Positions 37,273-51,832 are shown, numbered from the stretch's first letter. The stretch is DNA of 64,000 nt from Candidatus Latescibacterota bacterium (GCA_965208105.1 OZ242318.1:928001-992000); one strand, 5' to 3'. The notes: generated by a model from the sequence alone, not told the origin. Made by a program: numbers and translations.

Positions 37273-38412
37273 CTAATAAACGCCCGGAAAAATCCTGTAC
37301 TTCACCCGCGCCTGGTACTCGGCCCACTTTTCGGCGCCGTATTTCCCGGCGCAGGACCGTTCGTCGAAGCGTTGGCGGAAGGTGAAAAAGGTGACGATGA
37401 AGACGAAGTAGGTCCAGGCCCAGGGATTGGTGAAGTAGCCGAATGCCAGGGCGATCGACAGGGAAAGGAACCCCTCGCCCATGTAGTTGAGGTGGCGGGC
37501 GACGCCCCACAGGCCACTGCACAGGATCCTGCGGTCACCGGCCTCGATGTACTCGGGCTCGATGAACCCGAGGAACTTGCGGTCGGGCCAGCGCTTGAAG
37601 GTGTATTTCTGCAGGTTGGCGCCGCGCGAGATTCCCCATCCGAAGAGAAACAGCACAGCCGTCCCAATGAGCCAGACATTCGTCCATGCCGGTGAGAACC
37701 CGGGGTCCGGGTGAACGGCCATGCCCCACAGGGGAAGGATGAACAGCCACCCGTAGACCACGAGGCCGCCCCAGATCAGCTTGAAGCCGAGTCTCTCGTG
37801 GATCAGATCGTAGGTATAGAGCTGGACGCGCTCGAAGATGAAATAGTCCAGGATGTAGAAGGTGAAGAACGCCGCATAGAGGAAAACTCCGGGGTTGGAG
37901 TCCGCGCCGAAGAGCTCGTGGTGGTACGCGGCCCCGGACAGGGCGTTGAGCGACAGCATCGTTCCACCGACGACGTATAAATACATCTTCACGTCGAAGC
38001 GGCCGTTGAAGAACGACAGTTCCTGCGCCCGCCCGTCCCACAGCGCCAGGAGCGGATTCCCTATCCTGCCTCGCGGCTGGCTGTAGACCGCAATGACCGC
38101 GAAAATGGTGGTGAAGACCGTTCCGCCGGCCACGGCATAGACCGAGGAGCGGTAGAACCAGTCACGCGGCATCCCGGTGAGCTCGAGGGCCCACGCGACC
38201 AGTGCGATGGCGAACACCAGGAGACCGTTGAGCCGGTAGCTGCGGGGTTGGCCGGTCTCCTGGTCGACGACGTAACCGGCAACCCTCCTGGCCGGCAGGA
38301 CCACCTGCGCCAGGAGAAACACGGCAAAGATCGCCAGCGGAGTGAAAAACCCCGCAAGCGCCTCCGTCCGGGACAGCTCGAAGAGATGGCCGATTCCGAG
38401 CCATTCAATCAC
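37273..38412 (-). CDS. ERG4/ERG24-family sterol reductase-like membrane protein
   Basis: YRLNGL, FDVKM, TYDLIHERLGFKLIWG, RGANLQKYTFK, SGLWGVARHLNYMGE, DERSCAGKYG and WAEYQARVKYRIFPGVY. Confidence 0.88.
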   Translation of the reverse strand: MIEWLGIGHLFELSRTEALAGFFTPLAIFAVFLLAQVVLPARRVAGYVVDQETGQPRSYRLNGLLVFAIALVAWALELTGMPRDWFYRSSVYAVAGGTVFTTIFAVIAVYSQPRGRIGNPLLALWDGRAQELSFFNGRFDVKMYLYVVGGTMLSLNALSGAAYHHELFGADSNPGVFLYAAFFTFYILDYFIFERVQLYTYDLIHERLGFKLIWGGLVVYGWLFILPLWGMAVHPDPGFSPAWTNVWLIGTAVLFLFGWGISRGANLQKYTFKRWPDRKFLGFIEPEYIEAGDRRILCSGLWGVARHLNYMGEGFLSLSIALAFGYFTNPWAWTYFVFIVTFFTFRQRFDERSCAGKYGAEKWAEYQARVKYRIFPGVY

Positions 38413-38431
38413 GAGCGCACACCTTTATCGC

Positions 38432-42531
<4,100 letters not shown>

Positions 42532-42560
42532 GCAGTGGCCAGTGGCCATGACCGCGCGGA

Positions 42561-42660
42561 CTGGGGCTCGGTGACCTTCGTCCTGCGAGTTCGGTTCCTA
42601 GTCGAACCTCAATTCCAACGTGCACCTGCTCATGCTCGACGGGGTCTACGTCGACGGGGA
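42561..42660 (+). mobile_element. Degenerate IS91-family (HUH) transposase scrap
   Basis: Translates GSVTFVLR/(frameshift)FGS*SNLNSNVHLLMLDGVYVDG, resembling the recalled IS91-type consensus GAVTxxQRFGSALNLNxHxHxLxLDGVY. Confidence 0.6.
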
Positions 42661-43496
42661 TGAAGCTGATGTTTAGACAAAACGCAGGAAAACTCTTGCC
42701 GGAGACTGGGAGCAACTACGATAGCCGCTGGTGGGCGCTGATCTACGACCGATGGAACGAGGCCGGCGGGCGCTCGGAACAGCATGAACGCGAGCTACAC
42801 TTTTATCGCGAACATCTGCAGGACACCCGCGGTGCTATCCTGGAGGCCGCCTGCGGAACTGGTTCCATTATGCTGCCTCTGCTGCTGAATGGGTTTGATA
42901 TCTCCGGGTTTGATACCTCTCTACCCATGCTGGGGGCACTCAGACGCAAGGCGGCAGGATTGGGCCTTTCCGGCATAGATTCTCGAATCACAAAACAGGA
43001 TCTCGTCGACTTCGGCTACGATCACCCGTTCGAAGCAGTGCTCATACCTGCCAGTTCCATCATGATGCTATCGACGCAGCAGAACCAGATCACCTGTCTG
43101 CGGCGAGTCCATGACTGTCTGCAGCCGGGCGGACGTCTGCTCCTAAACTTCTACATTCCCTCCTACACAGAAGACTTGCTCCTTCACCAGGACGCTCAGC
43201 CAACAGAGGAAGAATTCGGCAAGTTCGACCATCCCGAGACGGGTAGACCAATTGAGGTTTCTCATACAAAAGTATGTGATCTGGCAATTCAGACGGAGAT
43301 CTATACGTGGATCTTCAGGTATGACGGGGAGAGGGTCCAAGTGCCCATGCAGGCCCGATGGATCCACAAGGAGGAGTTCAAGTTGCTGCTACGCCTTGGT
43401 GGATTTGACAAGTGGGAGCTATACGGGAGCTACGACGGCAAGCCGTACGTAGGTTCCGAGCACATGGGTGATACCTACTGGATGGTGACCAAGTGA
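42660..43496 (+). CDS. Class I SAM-dependent methyltransferase
   Basis: ILEAACGTGSI (motif I), GFDTSLPML and LQPGGRLL; lower GC than upstream genes. Start uncertain. Confidence 0.88.
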   Translation: MKLMFRQNAGKLLPETGSNYDSRWWALIYDRWNEAGGRSEQHERELHFYREHLQDTRGAILEAACGTGSIMLPLLLNGFDISGFDTSLPMLGALRRKAAGLGLSGIDSRITKQDLVDFGYDHPFEAVLIPASSIMMLSTQQNQITCLRRVHDCLQPGGRLLLNFYIPSYTEDLLLHQDAQPTEEEFGKFDHPETGRPIEVSHTKVCDLAIQTEIYTWIFRYDGERVQVPMQARWIHKEEFKLLLRLGGFDKWELYGSYDGKPYVGSEHMGDTYWMVTK

Positions 43497-43612
43497 TGGT
43501 GAAGGGTCCCTCCAAAGTTTACGGGAATCAGTTCCGGCCGAATCGTCCACATCCAGACCCATACTGATGGATTGCAGGGGCGTTGCACGGCCCTGATGGC
43601 GCGGAGAAATCA

Positions 43613-45781
43613 ATGAAAATCGTCGGGTACAGCGACCGTTTCAGCGTGCGGCCCGGGCAGACCATACGCTTCATGGTCAGCAGCGAAGCGCCCGCCTACC
43701 GCGCCCGACTCGTGCGCCTGCGGCATACGGACGCCAATCCCCAAGGTCCCGGCTGCAAAATCGAAGCGCTGGCATCCTCGATCAGCGGCGAGTACCCGGG
43801 CCGCTACCAGGCCATCCACAGCGGCTCCTACGCCGCCGTGCCGCACCACCCTTTGTTGAATTGCCCCAACGGGTTTACCCTGCGGGCATGGGTTTACCCC
43901 ACCACGCCGCAAAAGGGCCTGCAAGGGCTGTTGACCAAGCTGTCTGGCGAAGCGGGCTATGGCCTCTTTATCGCCGAGGACGGGTCACTGGCCCTGTGGA
44001 TCGGCGATGGGAGGCGGCTGGAAAGAGTTAGCACCGGCGTGGCCCTGCACACAGCGCAATGGCACAGTATCGCCGCCAGCTACGACGCGGCCACGGGCGA
44101 AGTCTGCCTCTGCCATGAGCTGCAGTCCACCTGGCCGGTGGACCGTGCCCGGACAGAAGTCCGCAAATCCATCAGTCCCCTAACTGTGGGAGAGAACCAG
44201 GCGGATTTGCTGATGGCCGCCGCATCGGGGCCGGTGGCCGCCCACCACTTCAATGGCAAGATCGACAATCCATTGCTCTACGGCCGCGCGCTCACCACGG
44301 CGGAGGCCGACGCCGACACCCCGGTCGCCAACTGGGACTTTTCCCTGGATATCGGCGGGGAAACAGTGCGCGACACCGAGGCCAACCAACTCCACGGCCG
44401 CACGGTCAACCTGCCGACCCGGGCCGTGACCGGGCACAACTGGACCGGCGACGAAGCCGATTTCAAAGCCGCCCCCAGCCAGTACGGGGCCATTCACTTC
44501 CACGACGACGACCTCGAAGACGCCCGGTGGGATGCCGCATTCGAGTGGACCGTGCCCTCAAACTGGCCGAGCGGCGTGTACGCGGCCCACTTGACCAGCG
44601 CCGACGCCGAGGATTATCTGCCCTTTTTCGTCGTCCCCCAAAAGGCCCAGGCCCGCATCGCCTTCCTGGCGTCCACGCTCACCTACCTGGTCTATGCCAA
44701 CCAGCGCTTCAACATTCCGATCCGCGCCATGCTGGACCAGGGCGAAAGCAGCGACGCCGCCCCGCAAGACCAGTACATGCAGGACCAGCGGCTCCTGAGC
44801 TGTTACGACCTGCACAGCGACGGCACGGGTGTCTGCTATTCGTCTCGGCTGCGGCCGATCGTCAACTTTCGTCCCCTCTACCGCATGCCCTCCCGCTCCC
44901 TGGCCGCGCACTGGCCTCGCCTGCTCAACGCCGATCTCCATCTGCTCGACTGGCTGGACACCAGGGGCTTTGCCTATGATGTGATCACCGACGACGAGTT
45001 GCACTGCGAAGGCAGCGAGTTGTTGGAGCCGTACCAGGTGGTCCTCACCGGCACTCACCCGGAGTACTGGACGGCGTCCATGCTCACTGGGCTGGAGGCC
45101 TACCAGGCAGAGGGCGGCCGCCTGATGTACCTGGGGGGCAACGGTTTCTACTGGATCGCCTCCTTCGACCACGGGCGTCCGCACATCGTCGAAGTCAGGC
45201 GCTGGCGGGGCTCCCGCGCCTGGGAGGCCGCGCCCGGCGAGTGCTTTCACAGCACCACGGGCGAGATGGGCGGCCTTTGGCGCTATCGCAACCGGGCGCC
45301 GCAAAAAATGGCCGGCGTTGGTTTCACCTCCCAGGGCGGAGGCCGCAACCGCCCCTACAAACGGCAGCCGGACAGTTTGGACCCCCGAGCTGCCTTTATC
45401 TTCGAGGGCCTGGATCCGGATGAATTGATCGGCGACTTTCCCGCCCTGGTCCTGGAGCACGGCGCCGGCGGCTTTGAAATCGACCGGCTCGACCGCGACC
45501 TGGGCACGCCCGGCCACGCCCTCCTGCTCGCTTCGGCCGAGGGCTTCACCGATCTGTACCAGGTGGCCATCGAGGACCAGTTGGTCTCGGACCCCAAAAC
45601 CGGCGGCAGCCGGAACCCCCTGGTGCGGTCCGACATGGTGTACTTTGAAGGTCCCAAGGGCGGCGCGGTATTCTCGGTGGGCTCTATAAGCTGGTGCAGT
45701 TGCCTTTCGCACAACCACGGCGACAACAATGTCTCCCGCATCACCGAGAACGTGCTGCGCCGCTTTGCAGATATAGATTGA
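43613..45781 (+). CDS. N,N-dimethylformamidase large (beta) subunit family protein
   Basis: GYSDRFSVRPGQTIRFMVS, a LamG-like insert, YGAIHFHDDDL, TYLVYAN, SCYDLHSDG, GTHPEYWT, LGGNGFYW and VFSVGSISW. Confidence 0.9.
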   Translation: MKIVGYSDRFSVRPGQTIRFMVSSEAPAYRARLVRLRHTDANPQGPGCKIEALASSISGEYPGRYQAIHSGSYAAVPHHPLLNCPNGFTLRAWVYPTTPQKGLQGLLTKLSGEAGYGLFIAEDGSLALWIGDGRRLERVSTGVALHTAQWHSIAASYDAATGEVCLCHELQSTWPVDRARTEVRKSISPLTVGENQADLLMAAASGPVAAHHFNGKIDNPLLYGRALTTAEADADTPVANWDFSLDIGGETVRDTEANQLHGRTVNLPTRAVTGHNWTGDEADFKAAPSQYGAIHFHDDDLEDARWDAAFEWTVPSNWPSGVYAAHLTSADAEDYLPFFVVPQKAQARIAFLASTLTYLVYANQRFNIPIRAMLDQGESSDAAPQDQYMQDQRLLSCYDLHSDGTGVCYSSRLRPIVNFRPLYRMPSRSLAAHWPRLLNADLHLLDWLDTRGFAYDVITDDELHCEGSELLEPYQVVLTGTHPEYWTASMLTGLEAYQAEGGRLMYLGGNGFYWIASFDHGRPHIVEVRRWRGSRAWEAAPGECFHSTTGEMGGLWRYRNRAPQKMAGVGFTSQGGGRNRPYKRQPDSLDPRAAFIFEGLDPDELIGDFPALVLEHGAGGFEIDRLDRDLGTPGHALLLASAEGFTDLYQVAIEDQLVSDPKTGGSRNPLVRSDMVYFEGPKGGAVFSVGSISWCSCLSHNHGDNNVSRITENVLRRFADID

Positions 45782-45913
45782 TTTGCTCGAAACGCCGTGG
45801 CCGGATGGGATCGGCCATCGGCTGCTTTCCCTCGGAGCGGCGACGATGGCGGCCCTGGGCCCCCGGGACGGCGACCGCCGCATCGTGCCGCCGGCGCTCC
45901 TGTGTTCGCCGTT

Positions 45914-47440
45914 TCAGAGGGAAAACGAGAACAGCTTGGCCTGACAGAGCTGGACGCGCACGCAAAGCCGCTTCCCCCTGAGCGCAGCCAGACTGGAGCT
46001 GCCGTTCCAGCGTACGGATGCGCCTGATCCGTCCCCCCGCAGGGGCTCGCACTCGGCGAAGGTAAAACCGGCCAGCGGCTTCACCCTGGCTGCGGGATAG
46101 ATCGCGCGCTCGATCAGCTCTATGCGAATCCACCCGTGGGGTTTGGTTTTGAAGTTGAGCTCCAGGGTCTCCCCCCGACATTCGCGTTCGTGCAGGGTGA
46201 CGCTTCCTTCCACCGGGGCTTCCAGGGCGACCAATCGATCAGGCTGCCAACCCGCCCACCGCATCGTGTATCCCTGGCGCTCCAGCGGAAGCTTCACCTC
46301 GTGCAAGCTGTCGGTCATTGAAACCAGTAGCGCCCACTGATCTCCACCCAGTTCTACCAGGCTCGAGCTGGCATTGATCATTCCGCCTCGGCCGCTGCCC
46401 TCGGGGCCCAAAGGAAGGACCGGCTTTCGCTCGGGCCAGGTCCAGTTCATGCCGTCCCTGCTCACCGCCAGATACAGGTCGACCGTGTCCGTATCCCGAT
46501 GGTAGAGGCTGGGGAACATCAGGTGGAAGCAGCCGCGCCGGTCGTCTACCCCGGTCTCCAGTCGGTATCCATCACCGGGATAGGGGATGTATACGGGATT
46601 GTAGAAATCCACCGTCGGAGGAAACTGAGAGTCCGGCTGCAGTACCACGGACGGCTGCGGCCACTGCCAGAAGTCATCTGTTTCTGCACGGCCGATCACC
46701 CGGCGGCCGCCGAGAACGATGCGGACGTAGCCCACGTACTTCTCCAGGAAATCGTCGTACCGGGCAATCCCGCAACCATCGCTGTGCTCGAGTATGGGTT
46801 TCTCGATTTTGGTCCAGTGCAGGCCGTCGGGAGAAACGGCGGCGGACAGCATCCTGCCGATCCGTGCTTCGGTACCGGAGATCTGGGCGTCGGTGAATCC
46901 CTCGCGGCGCAGCTCGCCAACGAGCTGTTCCACCTTCTTGCTGCCGGTATGGACTTCGCCCCGGTACATGGCGTAGTGTTCCCGGTCGATGAGTTTGTAG
47001 CACTCCCCACCTGCGCCATTGGGATCGCGAAAAACGGCGCCATTGGGAATCGCTCGTGGATAGACGATGCCGTTGTCCTTCGAGCCGTCGTGTTCGAAGA
47101 GCCCGACCCGCGCCGTCTTCCACTCCATGGCATCGTCACTCTCTGCATAAAGCAGCGCCCCCGAAGACCAGTCGTCCATGGCGTAACTGCGGCTGAACCA
47201 CATGCGATAGACGCCCGCCTCGTGCAAGACGGTACCTCCTCCATGTTCGAAGGTCTCCCTGCCGTCTATGCGCAACGGTTCGGAGAGGGCAGGCTCCTGC
47301 AGAACGAGCTGCACGCCCTTCGGCACCTCGCTTCCCCAGGCGGTGCCGTCATCGTTGAAACCGACGGAGCCCGCCCATATTCCATACCAGTCCAGGAACG
47401 GCTCGTGCTCGCAGGGCAGGGTGGTCGTGCGGTCACTCAC
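45914..47440 (-). CDS. Uncharacterised GH-like beta-propeller plus sandwich protein (subtype B)
   Basis: PFLDWYGIW N-terminus, YAESDDAMEW, AVSPDGLHW, LAVSRDGMNW, WQPDRLVALEA and a C-terminal sandwich. GGAGG RBS. Confidence 0.7.
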   Translation of the reverse strand: MSDRTTTLPCEHEPFLDWYGIWAGSVGFNDDGTAWGSEVPKGVQLVLQEPALSEPLRIDGRETFEHGGGTVLHEAGVYRMWFSRSYAMDDWSSGALLYAESDDAMEWKTARVGLFEHDGSKDNGIVYPRAIPNGAVFRDPNGAGGECYKLIDREHYAMYRGEVHTGSKKVEQLVGELRREGFTDAQISGTEARIGRMLSAAVSPDGLHWTKIEKPILEHSDGCGIARYDDFLEKYVGYVRIVLGGRRVIGRAETDDFWQWPQPSVVLQPDSQFPPTVDFYNPVYIPYPGDGYRLETGVDDRRGCFHLMFPSLYHRDTDTVDLYLAVSRDGMNWTWPERKPVLPLGPEGSGRGGMINASSSLVELGGDQWALLVSMTDSLHEVKLPLERQGYTMRWAGWQPDRLVALEAPVEGSVTLHERECRGETLELNFKTKPHGWIRIELIERAIYPAARVKPLAGFTFAECEPLRGDGSGASVRWNGSSSLAALRGKRLCVRVQLCQAKLFSFSL

Positions 47441-47577
47441 GTCATCGCCTCCAACTGTGGCGTTATCGCCGGTTGCCAGGTAGAGCTGTCACCTGTGGGT
47501 GTCAAACCTTGCGCTCGGAATGCCTCCAGCCAGCAGAAAGCCATCGCTCTTGGGGGCAGGTCAGATGGCGGCTCGGA

Positions 47578-49665
47578 CTAACCCAGTTCAACCAGAACAA
47601 CCTCGTGCAAATCCACCCGGGGCACCGTGATCTCCGCAGGATCTCCGCTGATATCGAGCTTCTGGTTCTGCAGCGGAAGGCGAGCCGACTTGACCCTGTA
47701 TCCATTCAACGCAATGCGCACATCGTGGATCGGATTGATCTCGTAGAGCGCGTGGTAGGTGGTGTGCAGCTCGTCGTACTCGTTCCGGTCCTGGACCTTC
47801 CAGGGAAGCAGCAACGTCGGATTGTTCACCAGGTGGATCATCAGCTCCCCGGAAGGACGCAACGCGGCCGTCATCTCGATCTGTTCGGGGGCCTCTACGG
47901 CCAGTGGCGCCCGGCTGCGTCCCACGAGCTCAGCGGTCAATCGCCGCAGTGGCGGGTACGGGCTGTTCATGTAAGCCCCACCCACGTCGCCGGCGACGTA
48001 GATGGCTTGTCCCTTGCCGAACGAATTCGAGGTGATCGCCGGTTGACCGGAGTCGTGCTCGGCATCTTCGCTGAAGAAATTGAGCGCCTTTGGATCTTTT
48101 ATGGTGCTCCTGCTGCAGAGGATGTCGGTATGGCCGGCGGCGGTGACTTCCGCATCTTGCCCGTAGAAGCAAACGATCTCGCCCAGCCGCGCGGTCAAGC
48201 GGTCGTCGTGAGGAATGTAGATGACCGGATGGTCTTCGCCGCCGGCGGTCACCCCCTGATACTCGACCCCCATAACATCGGCGAGAGCGAACTGCCCGCG
48301 CTCCTCACCCCATTCGTCCAGCAGCGAGGTCTGGTGCGTCGCGATCAGTGTGCCGCCCTGGTCTACGAAGTCTCGAATCGCGTCGCAGTGGGCATCCGCC
48401 AGGCAGACGCTGTTGGCGAGGAAGAGAACCCGGTACTGCGACAATCGCTCCCCCGTGAGGTGCTCGTCGAGCGCGATGTCCAGCACCACCTGGGCCCTGT
48501 TGAGCATCTCGTAAACACCGTACATATCCGGCTGGCCCAGCTGATGGAAATGCACCTTGCCGGTGTTCTTTGGCATTTCCGACGGCTTGAAGTCGCGATT
48601 CATCTGGGAATAATGCAGCGCCACGTCTTTGACCGTATCGCCCTCGATGTAATCGACCCGCTTCTTGAGCTCGGTGAAGAGGTGCTTGATGGTGTCCTTC
48701 CCAAAGTGGGAGGCGTCTCCCAGGGGGGCGCCGCATGGCGTGCCGCCATTGGCCACCGAGGCAAAGCCGCAGACCGCCGCCGAGTAGACCTCGGCCTGCG
48801 GCGCCCTGCCGAACCCCTTGAGGGTTTGAGTAAGGTTGCGAAAGATGGAGAACGGGGTTCCGGTGGAGCGCAGCACCTTGGCGACGAAACCAGGTTCCCG
48901 CAGGGACCGGAAGGTCTCGACGAAGAAATGACCGCCCACTTCTTCCAATCGATACGAGCTGATCGGGTGCCCATCGGACCAGTCGGTTTGCGGACGTATG
49001 TAGGAATTCAGGTCCAGGACGGCATCCGGGTGTTTCTCATGGACTGCCGCGAACAGATGATGCATGAAGTCGATCATCTTCTCGTAACGCCAGTTGACGA
49101 AACGCCGGAAAGTCATGGAGTCGAAGTCGACCTTGCGCGGGATCTCCAATCCTGTTTCTGTGCGGAAGAGTTCTTCACAGTAAGAACAGCAGCAGGAGGG
49201 CGACCACGGCCGGTCCTCGTGGGTGCCGCAGTTGGTGTCGTCGAAGTAGAAACCGTCCAGGTCCAGGTTGTCCATGAACTCGATCAAATAGGCCGGCAGC
49301 CAGTCCCTGTACGGCGAGTTGAAGCAGAACCAGCCCAGGTTCTCCGGTTTCGGCCGGCCATCATCGAGAAACTGCATTTTCCACTCCGGGTGAAGCGGCA
49401 GCAACGGTTTCGTGTAGATGATCGGGTAATAGCTCAGCGCAATGATCCCCTTTTCGTGGACGCGCTCGAGAAAAAGCGGCAGGAGATCGTTGTCCACGTT
49501 CGGATGGGGAGGCAGCATCCTGGAGCGGAAGCGCGGGGTCCCGCGGTTGAACTCACCACCGACGATACAAACCTCGTACCCGGCATCACTTATGGCATCC
49601 ACGTACTCATCGACCGCGGGGTCGGGAAAGAACTGGTCCGGCATCGAGGGTTCCGGATAGTTCAT
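47578..49665 (-). CDS. GH-like TIM-barrel protein with a beta-galactosidase-trimerisation-like (class I GATase fold) domain
   Basis: HPEW...CFNSPY...DGFYFDD, CCCSYCEELF, VALHYS, LSQYRVLFLANSVCL...FVDQGGTLIAT and LMIHLVN. Start uncertain (49665-49755). Confidence 0.75.
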   Translation of the reverse strand: MNYPEPSMPDQFFPDPAVDEYVDAISDAGYEVCIVGGEFNRGTPRFRSRMLPPHPNVDNDLLPLFLERVHEKGIIALSYYPIIYTKPLLPLHPEWKMQFLDDGRPKPENLGWFCFNSPYRDWLPAYLIEFMDNLDLDGFYFDDTNCGTHEDRPWSPSCCCSYCEELFRTETGLEIPRKVDFDSMTFRRFVNWRYEKMIDFMHHLFAAVHEKHPDAVLDLNSYIRPQTDWSDGHPISSYRLEEVGGHFFVETFRSLREPGFVAKVLRSTGTPFSIFRNLTQTLKGFGRAPQAEVYSAAVCGFASVANGGTPCGAPLGDASHFGKDTIKHLFTELKKRVDYIEGDTVKDVALHYSQMNRDFKPSEMPKNTGKVHFHQLGQPDMYGVYEMLNRAQVVLDIALDEHLTGERLSQYRVLFLANSVCLADAHCDAIRDFVDQGGTLIATHQTSLLDEWGEERGQFALADVMGVEYQGVTAGGEDHPVIYIPHDDRLTARLGEIVCFYGQDAEVTAAGHTDILCSRSTIKDPKALNFFSEDAEHDSGQPAITSNSFGKGQAIYVAGDVGGAYMNSPYPPLRRLTAELVGRSRAPLAVEAPEQIEMTAALRPSGELMIHLVNNPTLLLPWKVQDRNEYDELHTTYHALYEINPIHDVRIALNGYRVKSARLPLQNQKLDISGDPAEITVPRVDLHEVVLVELG

Positions 49666-49946
49666 CCACAACCGCTTCCCTCCCTCCACGCGGCATACAC
49701 GCCGCTCGTACGGCAGTTCAGCCAATCTCTGGGCCGTGCTTCCCACTCGTTTCAATCCTGGTCCCTCCTCTTCTGTTCAGTCTTTGCGGACCTCGAGTCC
49801 ATCATATCGTCGATCGCTGAAGCTGGTTCGGCCCGGTCCTTTGGGGGCGCTTGGGTCAGTCACGGTTCACAACTCCAGTTTGGGGCCACGGCCATGCGTT
49901 GCCGGAGACGCAAGGGTACTCGGGTCAGGTCGGCTGGTCAAGGTCA

Positions 49947-50162
49947 GTCGACGCCGTGTTGATCTGCTCAGCCCACGACACCCACGCGGAACTGGCGCTC
50001 CAGGCGTGCGCCGCCGGCCCCCTGGGCGGCAACGGCATCCAGGACGCGGCCGGGTACAACCTACACTGGATCTGGCACGTGATGCGGTCCCAACCGGTGG
50101 AGGTCACCGCACTGGAGTACGACGGCCAGCTGCCGGCGAGCATCGAACGCTTCGGCGATTGA
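49947..50162 (+). pseudogene. Gfo/Idh/MocA oxidoreductase remnant
   Basis: VDAVLICSAHDTHAELALQACAAG jumps straight to PLGGNGIQDAAGYNLHWIWHVM..PVEVTA. The expected KHxxxEKP motif and the N-terminal Rossmann start are missing. Confidence 0.65.
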
Positions 50163-50305
50163 GGAAACGGTTGCGCTTGTAAGCACAAGTGGCTGAGTCT
50201 GATCGTGGAAAATCGGTGCTGGCGATCGGTCTGGGGTCGATCGCGACGTGCCTTACGCCACGGTGACCCACCTCCTACAAATGACGGCACGAACATGATA
50301 GCTGC

Positions 50306-51790
50306 TCAGCCGGCGAACCAGAAAGAGTAAAGTTCCGCCCTGAGTAGCGAAAAGCGCAGGCGCACTGTCCGTCCGCGCAGCTCGGAGAGATCCGCCCTGT
50401 CCTTCCACCTCTGCATCTGGTCGATGCTGTCCATCACCGCCGGGATGCTCTCGTCCCTTGTATATCCTGTGATCGGCCGTCCGTCCTCAGCGTCCAACAC
50501 CTCTGCGATTACCCTGCCGCGCCACGAGTCCACATTGATGTGCAGCTCGCTGCCCACCACCTGGATCGGCTTGGTCAACACCGATCCCCATTCAATCCCT
50601 CCCTTGAGCGACACGAAGCCGTCGACCCGCAGCTTGGCCAACGCCACGGCGTGAGTGTCGAGATTCTTACGGGCCATCAGGTCGACAAAGGACTTGCAGC
50701 GGGAGCGTGCCCCCATATAGTAGAACCACAGCTCGTTGTTGCGTCTGACAGGCCCATTCGCAATCACGATCTGCCCGGTATCGTAGGCGCTGCGGTCCCC
50801 CACCGGGGACAGTTCCATAAACGGCGCCCGGTCACACACCCGGTCCCACTGCCGCAGATCCCGGCTCGAGACCAGCTCCACCGACTTGCGGCTGTCGACG
50901 TTTTCGTACATCGGTGGGTGCTTCCCCGACCAGTGGTGCATCACCGGCATCCCCAGATAGAGTCCTTCGTAGGGGAATACGGGAAAGTTGTAGACATCCG
51001 TACACCACTCCTCCGGCCGGTTGTAGACCGGGGTGAGATAATCGGGATCCTCGATGAATCTGCTCATCCGCTCTTCCCCGTTTTCCTGGTCGATCTGGTC
51101 GGCGTGGAAGACGAGTTCGATATCGCTCCAGTTCTCAAAGTCTTCGCTGGTGCTCAAGCAAAAGGCCCGACCATAAGGCGACCTGCCGTCAGGCCCGGCA
51201 TGCTTGACCGTGGCGATGAAGAGCCTCTTCTCCTCATCGTAGGTCAGGTGCGCCTCGTCTGAGCTTGGAATCGGCGGTATGTCGAGAATTTCCCAGTGCA
51301 GACAGTCCGCCGAGACCGCCGGCGGCCCCAGCCCCATACCTTTGTAGCGGCGCTGCGGATCGGGATCGTGCGGGTCGTATATCGGTCCCAGCGGCACGCC
51401 CGTGGGCACGATGTTGTTCTCCCTACCCACCTTCGGCTCCCGGCGACCGACCAGCTCGTTGTAGTCGCACAGGCCCAGCACCGGCTTTTCCCAGTTCACC
51501 CCGTCTTCCGAAGTGGCCAGGCAAACAAAGGTCCGGCCGCCCATCGGCGCGCCCGTAACATCGAGCCTGACTTCCCGATCCCAAGATGACTCCATGGCGT
51601 AGTAGAGTACCTTGAATACGCCCTCGTCCGGTACCCAGGCGGGTGTCGTCCACAGCATGAGGCCGCTGTTCTCCCAGCAATTTTCGGCTCGCAGCACGAC
51701 ATTCTTTTTGAACTTCTGCGGCCGGTGCAGCTTGCGTGCCAGGTTGTCGACTTCTTCCAGGTCTTGGTCGTCGATGAAAAGCTTTTTCAC
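50306..51790 (-). CDS. Uncharacterised GH-like beta-propeller plus sandwich protein (subtype A)
   Basis: KKLFIDD, ATSEDGVNWEKPVLG, DPDPQRRYKG, ELVFHADQIDQ, SSRDLRQW, LWFYY and LRVDGFVSL. GGAGG precedes GTG 51790. Confidence 0.72.
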   Translation of the reverse strand: MKKLFIDDQDLEEVDNLARKLHRPQKFKKNVVLRAENCWENSGLMLWTTPAWVPDEGVFKVLYYAMESSWDREVRLDVTGAPMGGRTFVCLATSEDGVNWEKPVLGLCDYNELVGRREPKVGRENNIVPTGVPLGPIYDPHDPDPQRRYKGMGLGPPAVSADCLHWEILDIPPIPSSDEAHLTYDEEKRLFIATVKHAGPDGRSPYGRAFCLSTSEDFENWSDIELVFHADQIDQENGEERMSRFIEDPDYLTPVYNRPEEWCTDVYNFPVFPYEGLYLGMPVMHHWSGKHPPMYENVDSRKSVELVSSRDLRQWDRVCDRAPFMELSPVGDRSAYDTGQIVIANGPVRRNNELWFYYMGARSRCKSFVDLMARKNLDTHAVALAKLRVDGFVSLKGGIEWGSVLTKPIQVVGSELHINVDSWRGRVIAEVLDAEDGRPITGYTRDESIPAVMDSIDQMQRWKDRADLSELRGRTVRLRFSLLRAELYSFWFAG

Positions 51791-51832
51791 GATGACCTCC
51801 CTATTTGTCACACGATCTCTGCCGATAGAGGT

